From positions 821,625-885,624 of the forward strand of contig JADJGV010000034.1 of assembly GCA_016707895.1 (NCBI GenBank): a stretch of 64,000 bases of DNA, given 5' to 3'. Positions 21,690 through 30,824 of the stretch are shown piece after piece. The translations under genes were made by a program, and so were the position numbers. Under the pieces are notes generated by a model, which was not told where the DNA came from, searched no databases, and was given only the letters and a program-made list of their open reading frames with translations. Within the stretch, counting starts at the first letter, position 1; each line of letters starts with the position of its first letter. Source of the DNA: Myxococcales bacterium. Lineage in GTDB: Bacteria > Myxococcota_A > Polyangia > Haliangiales > Haliangiaceae.

Positions 21690-22076
21690 CTAGCGGCGGA
21701 AGAACGACGCCTGCTGGAAGCGCAGGCCGGCGACGATCTGATCGACGCAGGCTGCCGACAGCGCGCCGATGCGCGCGCCCAGCCGGGCCTTGGGGATCGA
21801 CGACACCTGCGACACCACGACGACGCTCTGCGTCGGCAAGTCGCCCTCGCCCGGCGCCAGCAGCACGTTGCCGGGCTCGCCGGCGCGGTGCAGGTTCGAC
21901 GTCAGGGCGCAGACGATCACGGTGGTCACGCGGGCGTGGTTGAAGACGTCGTCCTGGACCACCACGTGGGGGTGGGCGTAGGGCGGGGCCGGGCCGCGGC
22001 TCTCGTCGCCGGCGACCCAGTACAGCTCGCCGCGGTAGATCGGCGCGTTGCCGGGGCGGTCGGGTGGGGCGTCCAT
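21690..22076 (-). CDS. PemK/MazF-like type II toxin (CcdB/MazF fold), apparently solitary
   Basis: Family-like blocks are YWV......PHVVVQDDVFN...TVIVCALTSNL...PGNVLL...GEGDLP..SVVVVSQVSSIPKARL. No adjacent small antitoxin ORF was found. Confidence 0.6.
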   Translation of the reverse strand: MDAPPDRPGNAPIYRGELYWVAGDESRGPAPPYAHPHVVVQDDVFNHARVTTVIVCALTSNLHRAGEPGNVLLAPGEGDLPTQSVVVVSQVSSIPKARLGARIGALSAACVDQIVAGLRFQQASFFRR

Positions 22077-22151
22077 GGCCGAGGATACGGCGCCGGCGGA
22101 TGATCGGCGATCGGCCCGATACGAAGTCGCGGCAGCGCGCTCTACCCGGGC

Positions 22152-23291
22152 ATGTCGCACCTCGCTCGCTCATCGCTCCTGCTCGTCGCGCTCGTCGCGG
22201 TCGCCGGGTCCTCAGGCGCCGCCGCCGCCGCGCCCACCTTCGGCGACGGCGCCGTGCTGGCGCCGATCCCCGCCGCTGCCCGCTATTGCGCCGGTCAAGC
22301 CGGCTGCAACGGCGGCTACCCCGAGGGCGTCGCCGTGGTCGGCGACCGCGTCTACGTGGCGGGCCCCGCCACCTTTGGCACCGCGGGCAAGGGGCCCAGC
22401 GTGGTCACCGTGCTCAACCGCGCCAGCGGCGACCTGATCACCGAGATCCCGATCGCCGGCGAGCAGCTGGCCTTCGAGCACGCCCTCAGCGGCATCGCGG
22501 TCGACGCCGCCGGCGACGTGTTCGTGGTGTCGACGCAGCTCGGCGTGATCCGCCTGCACCGCCACGGCCGCCGCTATCAGCAGTCGTCGTACGCGCCGCC
22601 GCTGCCCGACCTGCCCGCGTGCACCCCGGGCGGGCCGGCCCCGTGTACCCCGACCTTCGTCGACCTGCCGCCGCTGTCCAACGAGATGACGTTCGACGCC
22701 GCCGGCAACCTGTACGTCACCGACTCGCTGCAGGCGACGATCTTCCGCGTCCCGGCCGGCGGCGGCTCGATCGCGCCCTGGTTCGCCAGCCCGCTCCTGG
22801 CCGGCAACCTCGCGGCGCCGCTGCCGTTCGGCGCCAACGGCATCAAGCTCAGCCCGGATCGCGCGTACCTCTACCTGGTCGAGACCTTCGATCCGGTCGA
22901 CCCCAGCCTGGGCCACGTCTACCGCGTGCCGCTGGTCGACGCGCCGGCGCCCGACAGCATCGAACACGTCGCGACGTTCGGCGGCGGCGTGGTCCCCGAC
23001 AGCCTGACCTTCGGGGCGTCGGGTACGATCTACGTAACGCTGGCCGGCGCCAGCCAGATCGCCGTGCTCGAGCCCGACGGCACCGAGCGGACCCGGATCA
23101 CCGGCCCGGCGGGTAGCCCGATCCCGTTCGACAACCCGGCGACGATGGCGTTCGACGACGGGCGGCGGTCGCTGCTGGTGACCAACCACGCCATCTTCGG
23201 CGACCCGGCCCACTTCGCCGTGCTGCGGGTCTTCGTCGGCGAGCGCGGCGATCCGCGCCCGGGCGATGACGACGACGGTGACGACGACTGA
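22152..23291 (+). CDS. Secreted six-bladed beta-propeller protein (SMP-30/gluconolactonase/NHL-like) with an acidic C-terminus
   Basis: Signal peptide. Repeated GxxYVTD/IYVT motifs. The tail is DDDDGDDD. Confidence 0.65.
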   Translation: MSHLARSSLLLVALVAVAGSSGAAAAAPTFGDGAVLAPIPAAARYCAGQAGCNGGYPEGVAVVGDRVYVAGPATFGTAGKGPSVVTVLNRASGDLITEIPIAGEQLAFEHALSGIAVDAAGDVFVVSTQLGVIRLHRHGRRYQQSSYAPPLPDLPACTPGGPAPCTPTFVDLPPLSNEMTFDAAGNLYVTDSLQATIFRVPAGGGSIAPWFASPLLAGNLAAPLPFGANGIKLSPDRAYLYLVETFDPVDPSLGHVYRVPLVDAPAPDSIEHVATFGGGVVPDSLTFGASGTIYVTLAGASQIAVLEPDGTERTRITGPAGSPIPFDNPATMAFDDGRRSLLVTNHAIFGDPAHFAVLRVFVGERGDPRPGDDDDGDDD

Positions 23292-23296
23292 GTCGA

Positions 23297-23939
23297 TCAG
23301 GCCATGGCCAGCAGCGCACGGCGTATCCGCTCGTCGGCCTGGGCCTTCGCGTCGGCGTGTGTCCAGCGTGGGTTCGCCGTCCGCGCGAGCTCGGTCGCGC
23401 GGCGCTCACGGGCGTTGGCGGCCACCGCCAGCGCGACGATAGCCGGCTCGACTGCGCCGGTGATCTTGAGCTGGCCGAACGCGGTGACGATGACCGCCTG
23501 GTTGGCCTCCGCGGACGTGACGTCGTCGAACCATGCGTCGACGACCTCGGGGCGGGGCTCGGCGAGGTCGGGCAGCGTCAGCCCCCCAGTTCGCCAGCAA
23601 CGCATCGAGGAACGCCGCGCCGCCGCCGCGCCGCGGCCGCGCGGTCCAGGCCTGGAGCGCGTCGGAGCCGGCGTCGCTGCCGAACGGGGCGAACTCGTCG
23701 TCGGTCGTGTAGAAGAATGGGCCCTCGCACCGCGCGACGAACGGTGGGTGGCTGGTCGCGGGCGCGGGGCCGACCTCGGGCTCGTCGACGTCGCGCCGGG
23801 GCGGAACCGACTTCGCGGCGGCCCACCGCAGCATCGGCTTGGCGCGCTTCGCGGGCCGAGCCGCCGAGGCCTTGGCGCTGGTGCGGGCTGGCGGACGCTT
23901 GGCCGGTGAGCGGGACGTGGAGGGCTTCGCGCGGGCCAT
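23297..23939 (-). CDS. Hypothetical protein with a Lys/Ala/Arg-rich N-terminus; an apparent frameshift at a C6 run (about 23585-23590) splits it over two frames
   Basis: The N-terminal part is in frame 1 (MARAKPSTSRSPAKRPPA...FLDALLANWG). The C-terminal part is in frame 2 (GLTLPDLAEPRPEVVDAWFDD...LAMA*). The junction falls exactly at a CCCCCC run, and the joined protein reads naturally. Confidence 0.5.
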
Positions 23940-24023
23940 GGCCCGACTGTGTCGCGCCGCCTGCGTCGGGGCGGCGCGGCGCAGGTCCACACCGTTGGCC
24001 CACGGTTCGCTAGGGGCGAGGCC

Positions 24024-25571
24024 ATGGCCATCTCCGTTCGTGCAAGTCTGGTGATCGCGGTAGTGGGCGCGGCGTGTGCGGCGCCGCGTGCGACCGCGGT
24101 CGCGACACCCCCTGCGACGGTCGCGGGCGCGCCGCCACGCGCGGCGACGACGCCGCCGCTTGCGGCGCCTGCCGCGGCGACGTCATCCCCGGTCGAGGTG
24201 CGGTTCCTCGCGCGCGCCGATCGCGCGAGCCCATGGCGGCCGATCGACGATCCGGCGCGGCTGGCCGCGCTGCGCGCCGCGATCGACAACGAGCCGGCGC
24301 GGTTCGCGCTGGCCCTGTACGCGGTGGCGTGGGAGCTGGCGCCGCCGCCGGCGCCAGCTCCGGGCGCGCCGATCTTGTTCATCGGCGTCGAGGAGGGCGG
24401 CAACCACGCCGAGGTCGGGCTGACGATGATCGAGGGCGACGCGCCGCTGGCGTTGCCGCAGCTGCCGTACCTGCGGCTGGCCGACGATCGCGACACGCTG
24501 CGCGGCACGCTGTTGCACGAGACCGGCCACGCCGTCCACGCGCTGCTGGCGCGGGCGCGGGCCGACGCCGAACCGCTGGCCGACGGCGCCATCGCGCCCA
24601 TCCCGCACTCGACCGCGGCGGTGACCGACCGGCGCACCGCGCTGGCCGAGGGCCTCGCGATCAGCCTCGAGGCGATCGCCGCCCACTGCGGCCGCGACCC
24701 CGACGTGCGGCGGTTCTACGATCACGCGTCGCCGCGCCACGGCCCGACCGGCGACAAGGCCGGCGAGTACTTCTTCGCGGCGCGCGATCTGATGACCTAC
24801 GCCCAGACCTTCGCGCGCTACCAGGCGGTGCGCGACGGCGCGTTCGGGTTCGAGCCGGCGCTGCGCGGCGACTACCTGCGGGTGCAGCTCGACCCCGCGC
24901 GCGACCTGCGCACGCTGCGCGACCCCGGCTCGCTGGTGGCCTCCGAGGGCTTCGTCGCCAGCGTGCTGTTCCAGCTGATCGCCGCCGACGGCTGCGGCGA
25001 CGACCTCGCCGCGCTGGCGCCGCGCTACCGCGCGCTGTGGCAGGCGCTGGCGACCGCCGAGACCTCCGCCGGCCCGCTCGACGCTACGCCGTTGCTCGAC
25101 GTGGTCGCCGCTCGAGGCGCGCCGGCCATCGCGGCGTTCCTCGACCTGTCCCACGGCGCCACCGTCGACGCCGACGCCGCGGCGCAGTGGGCCGCGCTGT
25201 ACGACGCGGCGCTCACCGTCGACGTCGCGACCCGCAAGCGGCTGATGGCCGAGTCCGAGCCGCGCCGGGCGCGGTGGCTGGCCGAGGCCATCGCCGATCC
25301 CGCGGTGCTCGCCCGCCGGCTCGGCCCGGTGGTGCGGGTCGAGGTGGCCGCGGTCCGCGTGCGGCTGGTCGCGTTCGGCGACGCCCAGCCGCTGCGCTTC
25401 GACGTCAACGCCGGCGGCGCCGCGATGCTCGAGTTGGTCCCGGGCTGGGACCGCGCGGCGGTGGCGACGATCCTCGCCGAGCGGCGCCGGGCGTCGTTCG
25501 CCAGCTACGCTGACCTGATCTCCCGGCTGCGCGCCCACCGCGTGAAGGTCACCGCGCTGGCGCCGGGTTGA
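24024..25571 (+). CDS. Secreted HExxH-motif protein (putative zinc metallopeptidase-like) with a C-terminal ComEA-like HhH domain
   Basis: Signal MAISVRASLVIAVVGAACAAP. LLHETGHAVHAL. The C-terminus is ...AMLELVPGWDRAAVATILAERRRASFASYADLISRL. Confidence 0.6.
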   Translation: MAISVRASLVIAVVGAACAAPRATAVATPPATVAGAPPRAATTPPLAAPAAATSSPVEVRFLARADRASPWRPIDDPARLAALRAAIDNEPARFALALYAVAWELAPPPAPAPGAPILFIGVEEGGNHAEVGLTMIEGDAPLALPQLPYLRLADDRDTLRGTLLHETGHAVHALLARARADAEPLADGAIAPIPHSTAAVTDRRTALAEGLAISLEAIAAHCGRDPDVRRFYDHASPRHGPTGDKAGEYFFAARDLMTYAQTFARYQAVRDGAFGFEPALRGDYLRVQLDPARDLRTLRDPGSLVASEGFVASVLFQLIAADGCGDDLAALAPRYRALWQALATAETSAGPLDATPLLDVVAARGAPAIAAFLDLSHGATVDADAAAQWAALYDAALTVDVATRKRLMAESEPRRARWLAEAIADPAVLARRLGPVVRVEVAAVRVRLVAFGDAQPLRFDVNAGGAAMLELVPGWDRAAVATILAERRRASFASYADLISRLRAHRVKVTALAPG

Positions 25572-25645
25572 GCCGCCGGCAGCGATCGCCGCCGACCCGG
25601 TCGATTTCGTCTGACGTCGCGCCGGCGGGCGCTGTTTCCGTCCGC

Positions 25646-26539
25646 ATGTCCCTGATCCCGCCCGCCGCCGCCGCGGTCCGCTGGTCGCTCGTCATCGCCA
25701 TCTCGCTCGCCGCGCTGGCCGCCGGGTGCGGCATCGGCTACGGGCAGAAGGTCCAGTCGAGCACGATCGGCCGCTACGACGGCGACTTCAACATCGACGG
25801 CGACCCCGCCTACGAGGGCACGACCGCCTACACCACGACCGGCCACAGCGTGACGCTGTACGACACCACCGGCATCCTGCTGTCGGTCGCCGGCAGCGCC
25901 GGCGCGGCCTACACCGCGCGCCAGAAGGCCGAGGCCGCCGCGATCGAGCGCGGCGGCAAGGCCGGCGACCGGTTCTCGTATTCGTACCAGGTGTACATGC
26001 CGGTGCCCGACAGGCTCACCACGCTCAGCTACTCGTGGGGCGACACCACCGGCGTCGACAACTCGCGCGCCGACGGCGCCGCCGCGACCGGCTCGTACTT
26101 CGAGTTCGACATGACCGCGCGGCCCAAGACCTGGTTCATCGGCGGCGATCAGCTCACGCTGGTGATGAGCGCCAACTGGCAGAACTGGACGGTGACGGGC
26201 ATCCCCGGCGCGCTGTTCCCGGTCGACGTCGACCGCATCGGCATGCCGGTCGGCTTGTCGTACGGCCACCTGCTGGTGCCGCACGTGCAGGTCGAGGGCC
26301 GGGTGGCGTGGGATCCGCTGTCGCTGGCCACCTTCATCGACGGCGCGCACCACGCCGACTACACCGCCGGGATCCACGCCTCGGCGGTCATCGCCTCGTG
26401 GCTGCGGGTCGAGGCTGACGCGTCGTACCAGCGGATGCCGCTCGACTTCGGCAAGCGCGACCTGCGCGAGCTGACCGCCAACGTCAACCTGGTGCTGTGG
26501 TGGAAGGGCCCCGCGTTCTGGCAGGTCATGCACAAGTAG
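25646..26539 (+). CDS. Hypothetical lipoprotein (possibly beta-rich/outer-membrane associated)
   Basis: Lipobox LAALAAGCG. The body is rich in Tyr/Thr/Gly with alternating hydrophobic positions. Confidence 0.6.
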   Translation: MSLIPPAAAAVRWSLVIAISLAALAAGCGIGYGQKVQSSTIGRYDGDFNIDGDPAYEGTTAYTTTGHSVTLYDTTGILLSVAGSAGAAYTARQKAEAAAIERGGKAGDRFSYSYQVYMPVPDRLTTLSYSWGDTTGVDNSRADGAAATGSYFEFDMTARPKTWFIGGDQLTLVMSANWQNWTVTGIPGALFPVDVDRIGMPVGLSYGHLLVPHVQVEGRVAWDPLSLATFIDGAHHADYTAGIHASAVIASWLRVEADASYQRMPLDFGKRDLRELTANVNLVLWWKGPAFWQVMHK

Positions 26540-26723
26540 CGGCGCGGCTCAGCGGTGGGCCAGCGCGCGCAGTTCGTCGCGGCGGGCCTGGGCCTGCGCG
26601 AGTCTGCGCTGGCGCTCGACGGGCTCGGCCTGGTCGCGCGGGTCGTCGGTGCCGTGTTCGAGCGCGACGGCTCCACGCGCGGCCGGGGAGCCGGGAGGCG
26701 GCGACGCGGTCACGGCGCCGAGT

Positions 26724-27401
26724 CTAGCCGCGGCGGCGGCGCGCGGTCGAGGGCGGCGCGGCGGTCGGCGGCGCGGCCAGGCACATGCCGCGGACCTGGG
26801 CCAGCACGGCGGCCTTGCGGGCGGCGACGGTTGCGGCGGCGCGCACGTCCTTGCCGACGAAGTCGGAGGCGAGGCTGGCGGTGGCGAAGTAGAAGACGTG
26901 GAGGCCGACGATCGACATCACCAGCTGGCGCGGGTCCTGGCGGCGGAACGCGCCGGCGTCCATGCCGGCCTGCAGGAACGCGGCGGTCGCGTGCAGGTTG
27001 ACCATCACCTGGGCGCCGCCGGCGCCGCGCAGGTAGTCGCCGTCGCCGGCCAGTTCGCGGGTCAAGAGCTTGGCGGCGTGCGGGTGCTCGACGAAGTAGT
27101 CGATCATCAGCGCGCCGAGCCGGTCGAGGCGCCCCGCGAAGTCGCCGGCGTCCAGCCCGGCGGCCAGCAGCAGCGCGCGCAGCTCGCCGACGGTGGTGTC
27201 GAGGACCGCGTTGTAGAGCGCCTCCTTGGCCGGGAAGTGGTGGTACAGCGACGCCTTGCGTAGCCCGGCGGCGGCGGCGATCTCGCCGAGGCTGGCGGCG
27301 GCGTAGCCGCGCTCAGCGAACGCCTGCGCGGCGATCGCCACCAGCGCGGGCCGTTCGATGGGGTGGGCGGGACGGCCGGCGCGGCGGCGGGGCGAGGTCA
27401 C
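26724..27401 (-). CDS. TetR-family transcriptional regulator
   Basis: N-terminal HTH (ASLGEIAAAAGLRKASLYHHFPAKEAL). It is divergent from the hydrolase gene. Confidence 0.85.
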   Translation of the reverse strand: MTSPRRRAGRPAHPIERPALVAIAAQAFAERGYAAASLGEIAAAAGLRKASLYHHFPAKEALYNAVLDTTVGELRALLLAAGLDAGDFAGRLDRLGALMIDYFVEHPHAAKLLTRELAGDGDYLRGAGGAQVMVNLHATAAFLQAGMDAGAFRRQDPRQLVMSIVGLHVFYFATASLASDFVGKDVRAAATVAARKAAVLAQVRGMCLAAPPTAAPPSTARRRRG

Positions 27402-27475
27402 GCGCCGATGCTCCCACAGTTCGGGCTTGACGAATAAACCTGCCGGCCGTTAGGTTTCGCGCCAGGAGGACCTCC

Positions 27476-28561
27476 ATGGACGGATCGAGCCGGGTCGGAC
27501 GTGATCACCCCAACCGCGCGTGCGGCGTGCTGGCCGCCGTGCTGCTCGCGCTCGCCGCGTGCGGCGCCGACGGCGGCAGCGGCGCCGACGCCACCCCGTC
27601 GCCGGGCGACGCCGCCGCGGCGCCGGACGCCAGCGCCGCGGTCGACGCGTGCGCGTGCACGACCCGCGATCCCGGCGAGCCGGGGCCGCAGGCGACGACC
27701 ACTGCCAGCTTCGACCTCGCGCTGCCGGGGGCCACGATCCCGCTGACGATCTACGCGCCCGACGGCCCCGGCCGCTTCCCGGTCGTCGTGTTCCACCACG
27801 GCTTCCAGCTCGCGCCCACGCAGTACGGGTCGTACGGCACCCACCTGGCGAGCTGGGGCTACGTGGTGGTGATGCCGCAGATGCCGGGCGGGCTGATCGG
27901 CGGGCCGACCCACCGCGACCTCGCCGGCTACGTGGTCGGCATCCTCGACTGGCTCGACGCCCAGGCGACCGCGACGAGCGGCCCGCTGGCGGGGCGGGTC
28001 GACGCCGTCCACGTCGCGCTGGCCGGCCACTCGATGGGCGGCAAGATCTCGATGCTGGCCGCCGCGTCGGACCCCCGGCCGCGCGCGGTCGTCGGCATCG
28101 ATCCGGTCGACGCGGTCGGCAGCCCGCTGCCGGTGTCGGCGACGGACTACCCGTCGGTGACGCCCGAGCTGATGGGGGCGATCACCGCGCCGATCGCGAT
28201 GCTCGGCGAGCTGACCAACGCCACCTGCAGCGGCGCGCTGTGCCAGGCGTGCGCGCCGGCCGCCGACAACTTCCACCAGTACTACGAGCACGCGACCCAC
28301 GCCGCGATCGAGATCGAGGTCATGGGCGCGAGCCACATGTCGTTCCTCGACGATCCGGCGTGCGGCTTCACCTGCTCGAGCTGCCCGGCCGGCACCGACG
28401 ACCCGGCCACCTCGCGGCGCCTGACGCGCCGCTACCTCACGGCGTTCCTCAACGTCACGCTGCGCGGCCTGCCGGCCTACCGCTCGTACCTGATCGGCGC
28501 CGACATGGCCGGCGACGTCGCGGCGGGGCGGGTGCGCGCGGCCGCCAAGAACGGGCTGTGA
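27476..28561 (+). CDS. Secreted alpha/beta hydrolase (dienelactone hydrolase / PAF-acetylhydrolase / cutinase-like)
   Basis: Lipobox LLALAACGA. The nucleophile elbow GHSMGG sits within VHVALAGHSMGGKISM. Several Cys pairs are present. Confidence 0.75.
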   Translation: MDGSSRVGRDHPNRACGVLAAVLLALAACGADGGSGADATPSPGDAAAAPDASAAVDACACTTRDPGEPGPQATTTASFDLALPGATIPLTIYAPDGPGRFPVVVFHHGFQLAPTQYGSYGTHLASWGYVVVMPQMPGGLIGGPTHRDLAGYVVGILDWLDAQATATSGPLAGRVDAVHVALAGHSMGGKISMLAAASDPRPRAVVGIDPVDAVGSPLPVSATDYPSVTPELMGAITAPIAMLGELTNATCSGALCQACAPAADNFHQYYEHATHAAIEIEVMGASHMSFLDDPACGFTCSSCPAGTDDPATSRRLTRRYLTAFLNVTLRGLPAYRSYLIGADMAGDVAAGRVRAAAKNGL

Positions 28562-28573
28562 CGCCGCGCCGGC

Positions 28574-29392
28574 CTACTTGGCCGACAGCGTCGCGTCTTC
28601 GACGATCACCGGGTAGCTGTAGCCGGCGCCGAAGTCCTTGTTGAGCGACAGGGTGCCGCGGGCCACGACGATGTCGCCGACGGCGACCGGCGCCGCGGTG
28701 TCGGCGGTGGTGATCGTGAGGTCGCCGGTGCCGTCCTGCAGGTGCAGCCAGTTGTGGCCGAGGATCTGGGCGTTGTACTTGACCACCTTGCCGCGGATGG
28801 CGATCGGCTTGCCGGCGAGCGGGGCCGGCGCGGCCAGCACCGCGGCGATGGTCTGGCCACCGGCGATCGGCTCGATCTTCTCGGTCGGCGTGGCCGGCGC
28901 CGCCGGTGGCATGGCCCCGCCGTGGGCCGCGGCGACCGCGCCCGCGCCCGCGGCGCCCCCGGTGCCGGCGGGCGGCAGCGCGTTGACGAAGTAGATGCGG
29001 TCGAACGTGCGGTTGAGCGTGTTGCTGGTGAAGTTGGTCATCAGCGTGCCGCCGACCATGTCGACCTTGTCGCCGACCGCGAGCTTGGTCTCGGGCCCGG
29101 CGACCCACACCTGCTCGGCGCCGAGGTCGAGCTTGGCGTAGGTGTAGCCGCCCGAGTTCATCGTCTCGAGCACCGCGCCGGTGGTCGCCGCCGCCACCGC
29201 GGGCGGCGCCGGCATCGGCGGCCGCGCGGCGAGGTTCGGCATGGCGCCGGGGGCGGGGGGCGCGGCCGGCTGCGCCGCGGTCGTCGGCGGGGTGCCGGAG
29301 GCGGCCGGCTCCTTCTTGCAGCCGGTGAGCAGGCCGGCCGACAGGCCGGCGCCGAGGAGGACGCGCATCGCGATCGAAGGCCGGGGGTGCAT
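28574..29392 (-). CDS. Hypothetical lipoprotein
   Basis: Signal peptide plus lipobox LLTGCKKE. A Pro/Ala-rich linker is followed by a globular domain. Confidence 0.6.
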   Translation of the reverse strand: MHPRPSIAMRVLLGAGLSAGLLTGCKKEPAASGTPPTTAAQPAAPPAPGAMPNLAARPPMPAPPAVAAATTGAVLETMNSGGYTYAKLDLGAEQVWVAGPETKLAVGDKVDMVGGTLMTNFTSNTLNRTFDRIYFVNALPPAGTGGAAGAGAVAAAHGGAMPPAAPATPTEKIEPIAGGQTIAAVLAAPAPLAGKPIAIRGKVVKYNAQILGHNWLHLQDGTGDLTITTADTAAPVAVGDIVVARGTLSLNKDFGAGYSYPVIVEDATLSAK

Positions 29393-29472
29393 GCCGGTGG
29401 TCTACCACGCCCGGCCGGTCCGTCGCGTCCGGCGACGGCGCGGCGGCCGGTCGCGGTGAGGCGGGGGCGCGA

Positions 29473-30786
29473 TCACCCGGTCGCCGGGGCTCCAACCTCG
29501 GGATCGCCCTCCGGCGCGCGCCCCGCCACAGCCACCGCGATCGCCAGATCGCCGGCGACGTTGACCGTCGTGCGGCACATGTCGAGCACGCGATCGACGC
29601 CGAGGATCAGCGCGAGGCCCTGGGCCGGCACGTCGACCATCTCGAGCATCATCGCGATCACCGGCAGCGTCGCGCCGGGGATGCCGGCGGTGCCGATGCC
29701 GCCCAGCACGCAGATCAGCATGATCACCAGCTGCTGCCCGAGGCTCAGGTCGACGCCGTAGACCTGGGCCAGGAACAGCACGGTCACGCCCTCGAACAGC
29801 GCCGAGCCGTTCTGGTTCATCGACGCGCCGGCGGTGAGCACGAAGCGCGCGACCGACCGCGGCAGGCGCAGCTCGGTCTCGGCGACCCGCAGCGTGGTCG
29901 GCAGGGTCGCGGCTGACGACGCGGTCGCGAACGCGGTGGTGAGCGCCAGCCGCGATCCGGCGAAGAACCGGCGCGGCCCCATGCCGCCCAGCACCCGCAC
30001 GAACACCGGGTACACGACGAACGTGTGCAGCAGCAGCGCCGCCAGCACGGTCGCGACGTAGCCGCCGATCGTCGTGAACAGATCGAGGCCCAGCGTCGCG
30101 AAGCTGCCGAACAACAGCGCCGCGACCCCCAGCGGCGCCAGGCGCATGACCTGCTGGATGAGCCACATCGACACCTCGGCCAGCCCGGCGATCGTGGTGC
30201 GCAGCGCGCGCGGCGCCTCGCCCTTGGCCACCGCGAGGCCGACGCCCAGCACCAGCGCGAAGACGATCAGCCCGAGCATGTCGCCGGTGGCGGCCGCCGC
30301 CACCGGGTTGGTCGGGATCATCTGCACCACGCCGCCGAGCCCGGGCCGCTCGGCGACCTGGATGTCGGGCCCCTTCAGGTGGCTGGCCTGCGCCATCAGC
30401 TCGGCGCGGTTCCAGGTGCCGGGCGCGATCGCGTTGACCAGCAGGAGGCCGAGGCCGACCGCGATCGCCGACAGGATCGCGGTGTACGCCAGCGTCCGCA
30501 CGCCGATCCGGCCCAGCGCCTTGGGGTCGAGCTCGGCGACGCCGGTGACCAGCGCGGCGAAGATCAGCGGCACCGCGAGCATGAACATCAGCCGCAGGAA
30601 CACCTGCCCGAGCGGCAGCGTGATCCACCGGATGATCCACTGCACGTCGGCGGCGCCCAGCACGCCGGCGCTGACCAGGCCGCTGGCGGTGAGGCCGAGC
30701 GCGCTGCCGGCGAGCACGCCGATCAGGATCGCGTGGTGAGGCTTGGGTGCGGCGGCGGCCGGGCGGGGGGCGTCGTCGACGGTCAT
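29473..30786 (-). CDS. Dicarboxylate/amino acid:cation symporter (DAACS; GltP/DctA-like)
   Basis: Family-typical motifs AGASMNQNGSALFEG and the DRVLDMCRT-VNVAGD tail are present. There are about 8-10 transmembrane segments. Confidence 0.85.
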   Translation of the reverse strand: MTVDDAPRPAAAAPKPHHAILIGVLAGSALGLTASGLVSAGVLGAADVQWIIRWITLPLGQVFLRLMFMLAVPLIFAALVTGVAELDPKALGRIGVRTLAYTAILSAIAVGLGLLLVNAIAPGTWNRAELMAQASHLKGPDIQVAERPGLGGVVQMIPTNPVAAAATGDMLGLIVFALVLGVGLAVAKGEAPRALRTTIAGLAEVSMWLIQQVMRLAPLGVAALLFGSFATLGLDLFTTIGGYVATVLAALLLHTFVVYPVFVRVLGGMGPRRFFAGSRLALTTAFATASSAATLPTTLRVAETELRLPRSVARFVLTAGASMNQNGSALFEGVTVLFLAQVYGVDLSLGQQLVIMLICVLGGIGTAGIPGATLPVIAMMLEMVDVPAQGLALILGVDRVLDMCRTTVNVAGDLAIAVAVAGRAPEGDPEVGAPATG

Positions 30787-30824
30787 GCGCCATCGTGAGG
30801 GCGCGCCCCGCGCGGCGCAAGCCG

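Noticed and set aside
19006-22173. 1055-aa minus-strand ORF spanning the patatin, HNH and toxin region
   Set aside because: Arg/Pro/Gly-rich nonsense across three independently supported genes on both strands.
23297-24637. 446-aa ORF as printed in the track
   Set aside because: Only its last ~100 codons (23297..~23590) look coding. The upstream 350 codons are Ala/Ser/Arg/Pro low-complexity sequence antisense to the well-supported HExxH gene. The real gene is the shorter frameshifted 23297..23939 call.
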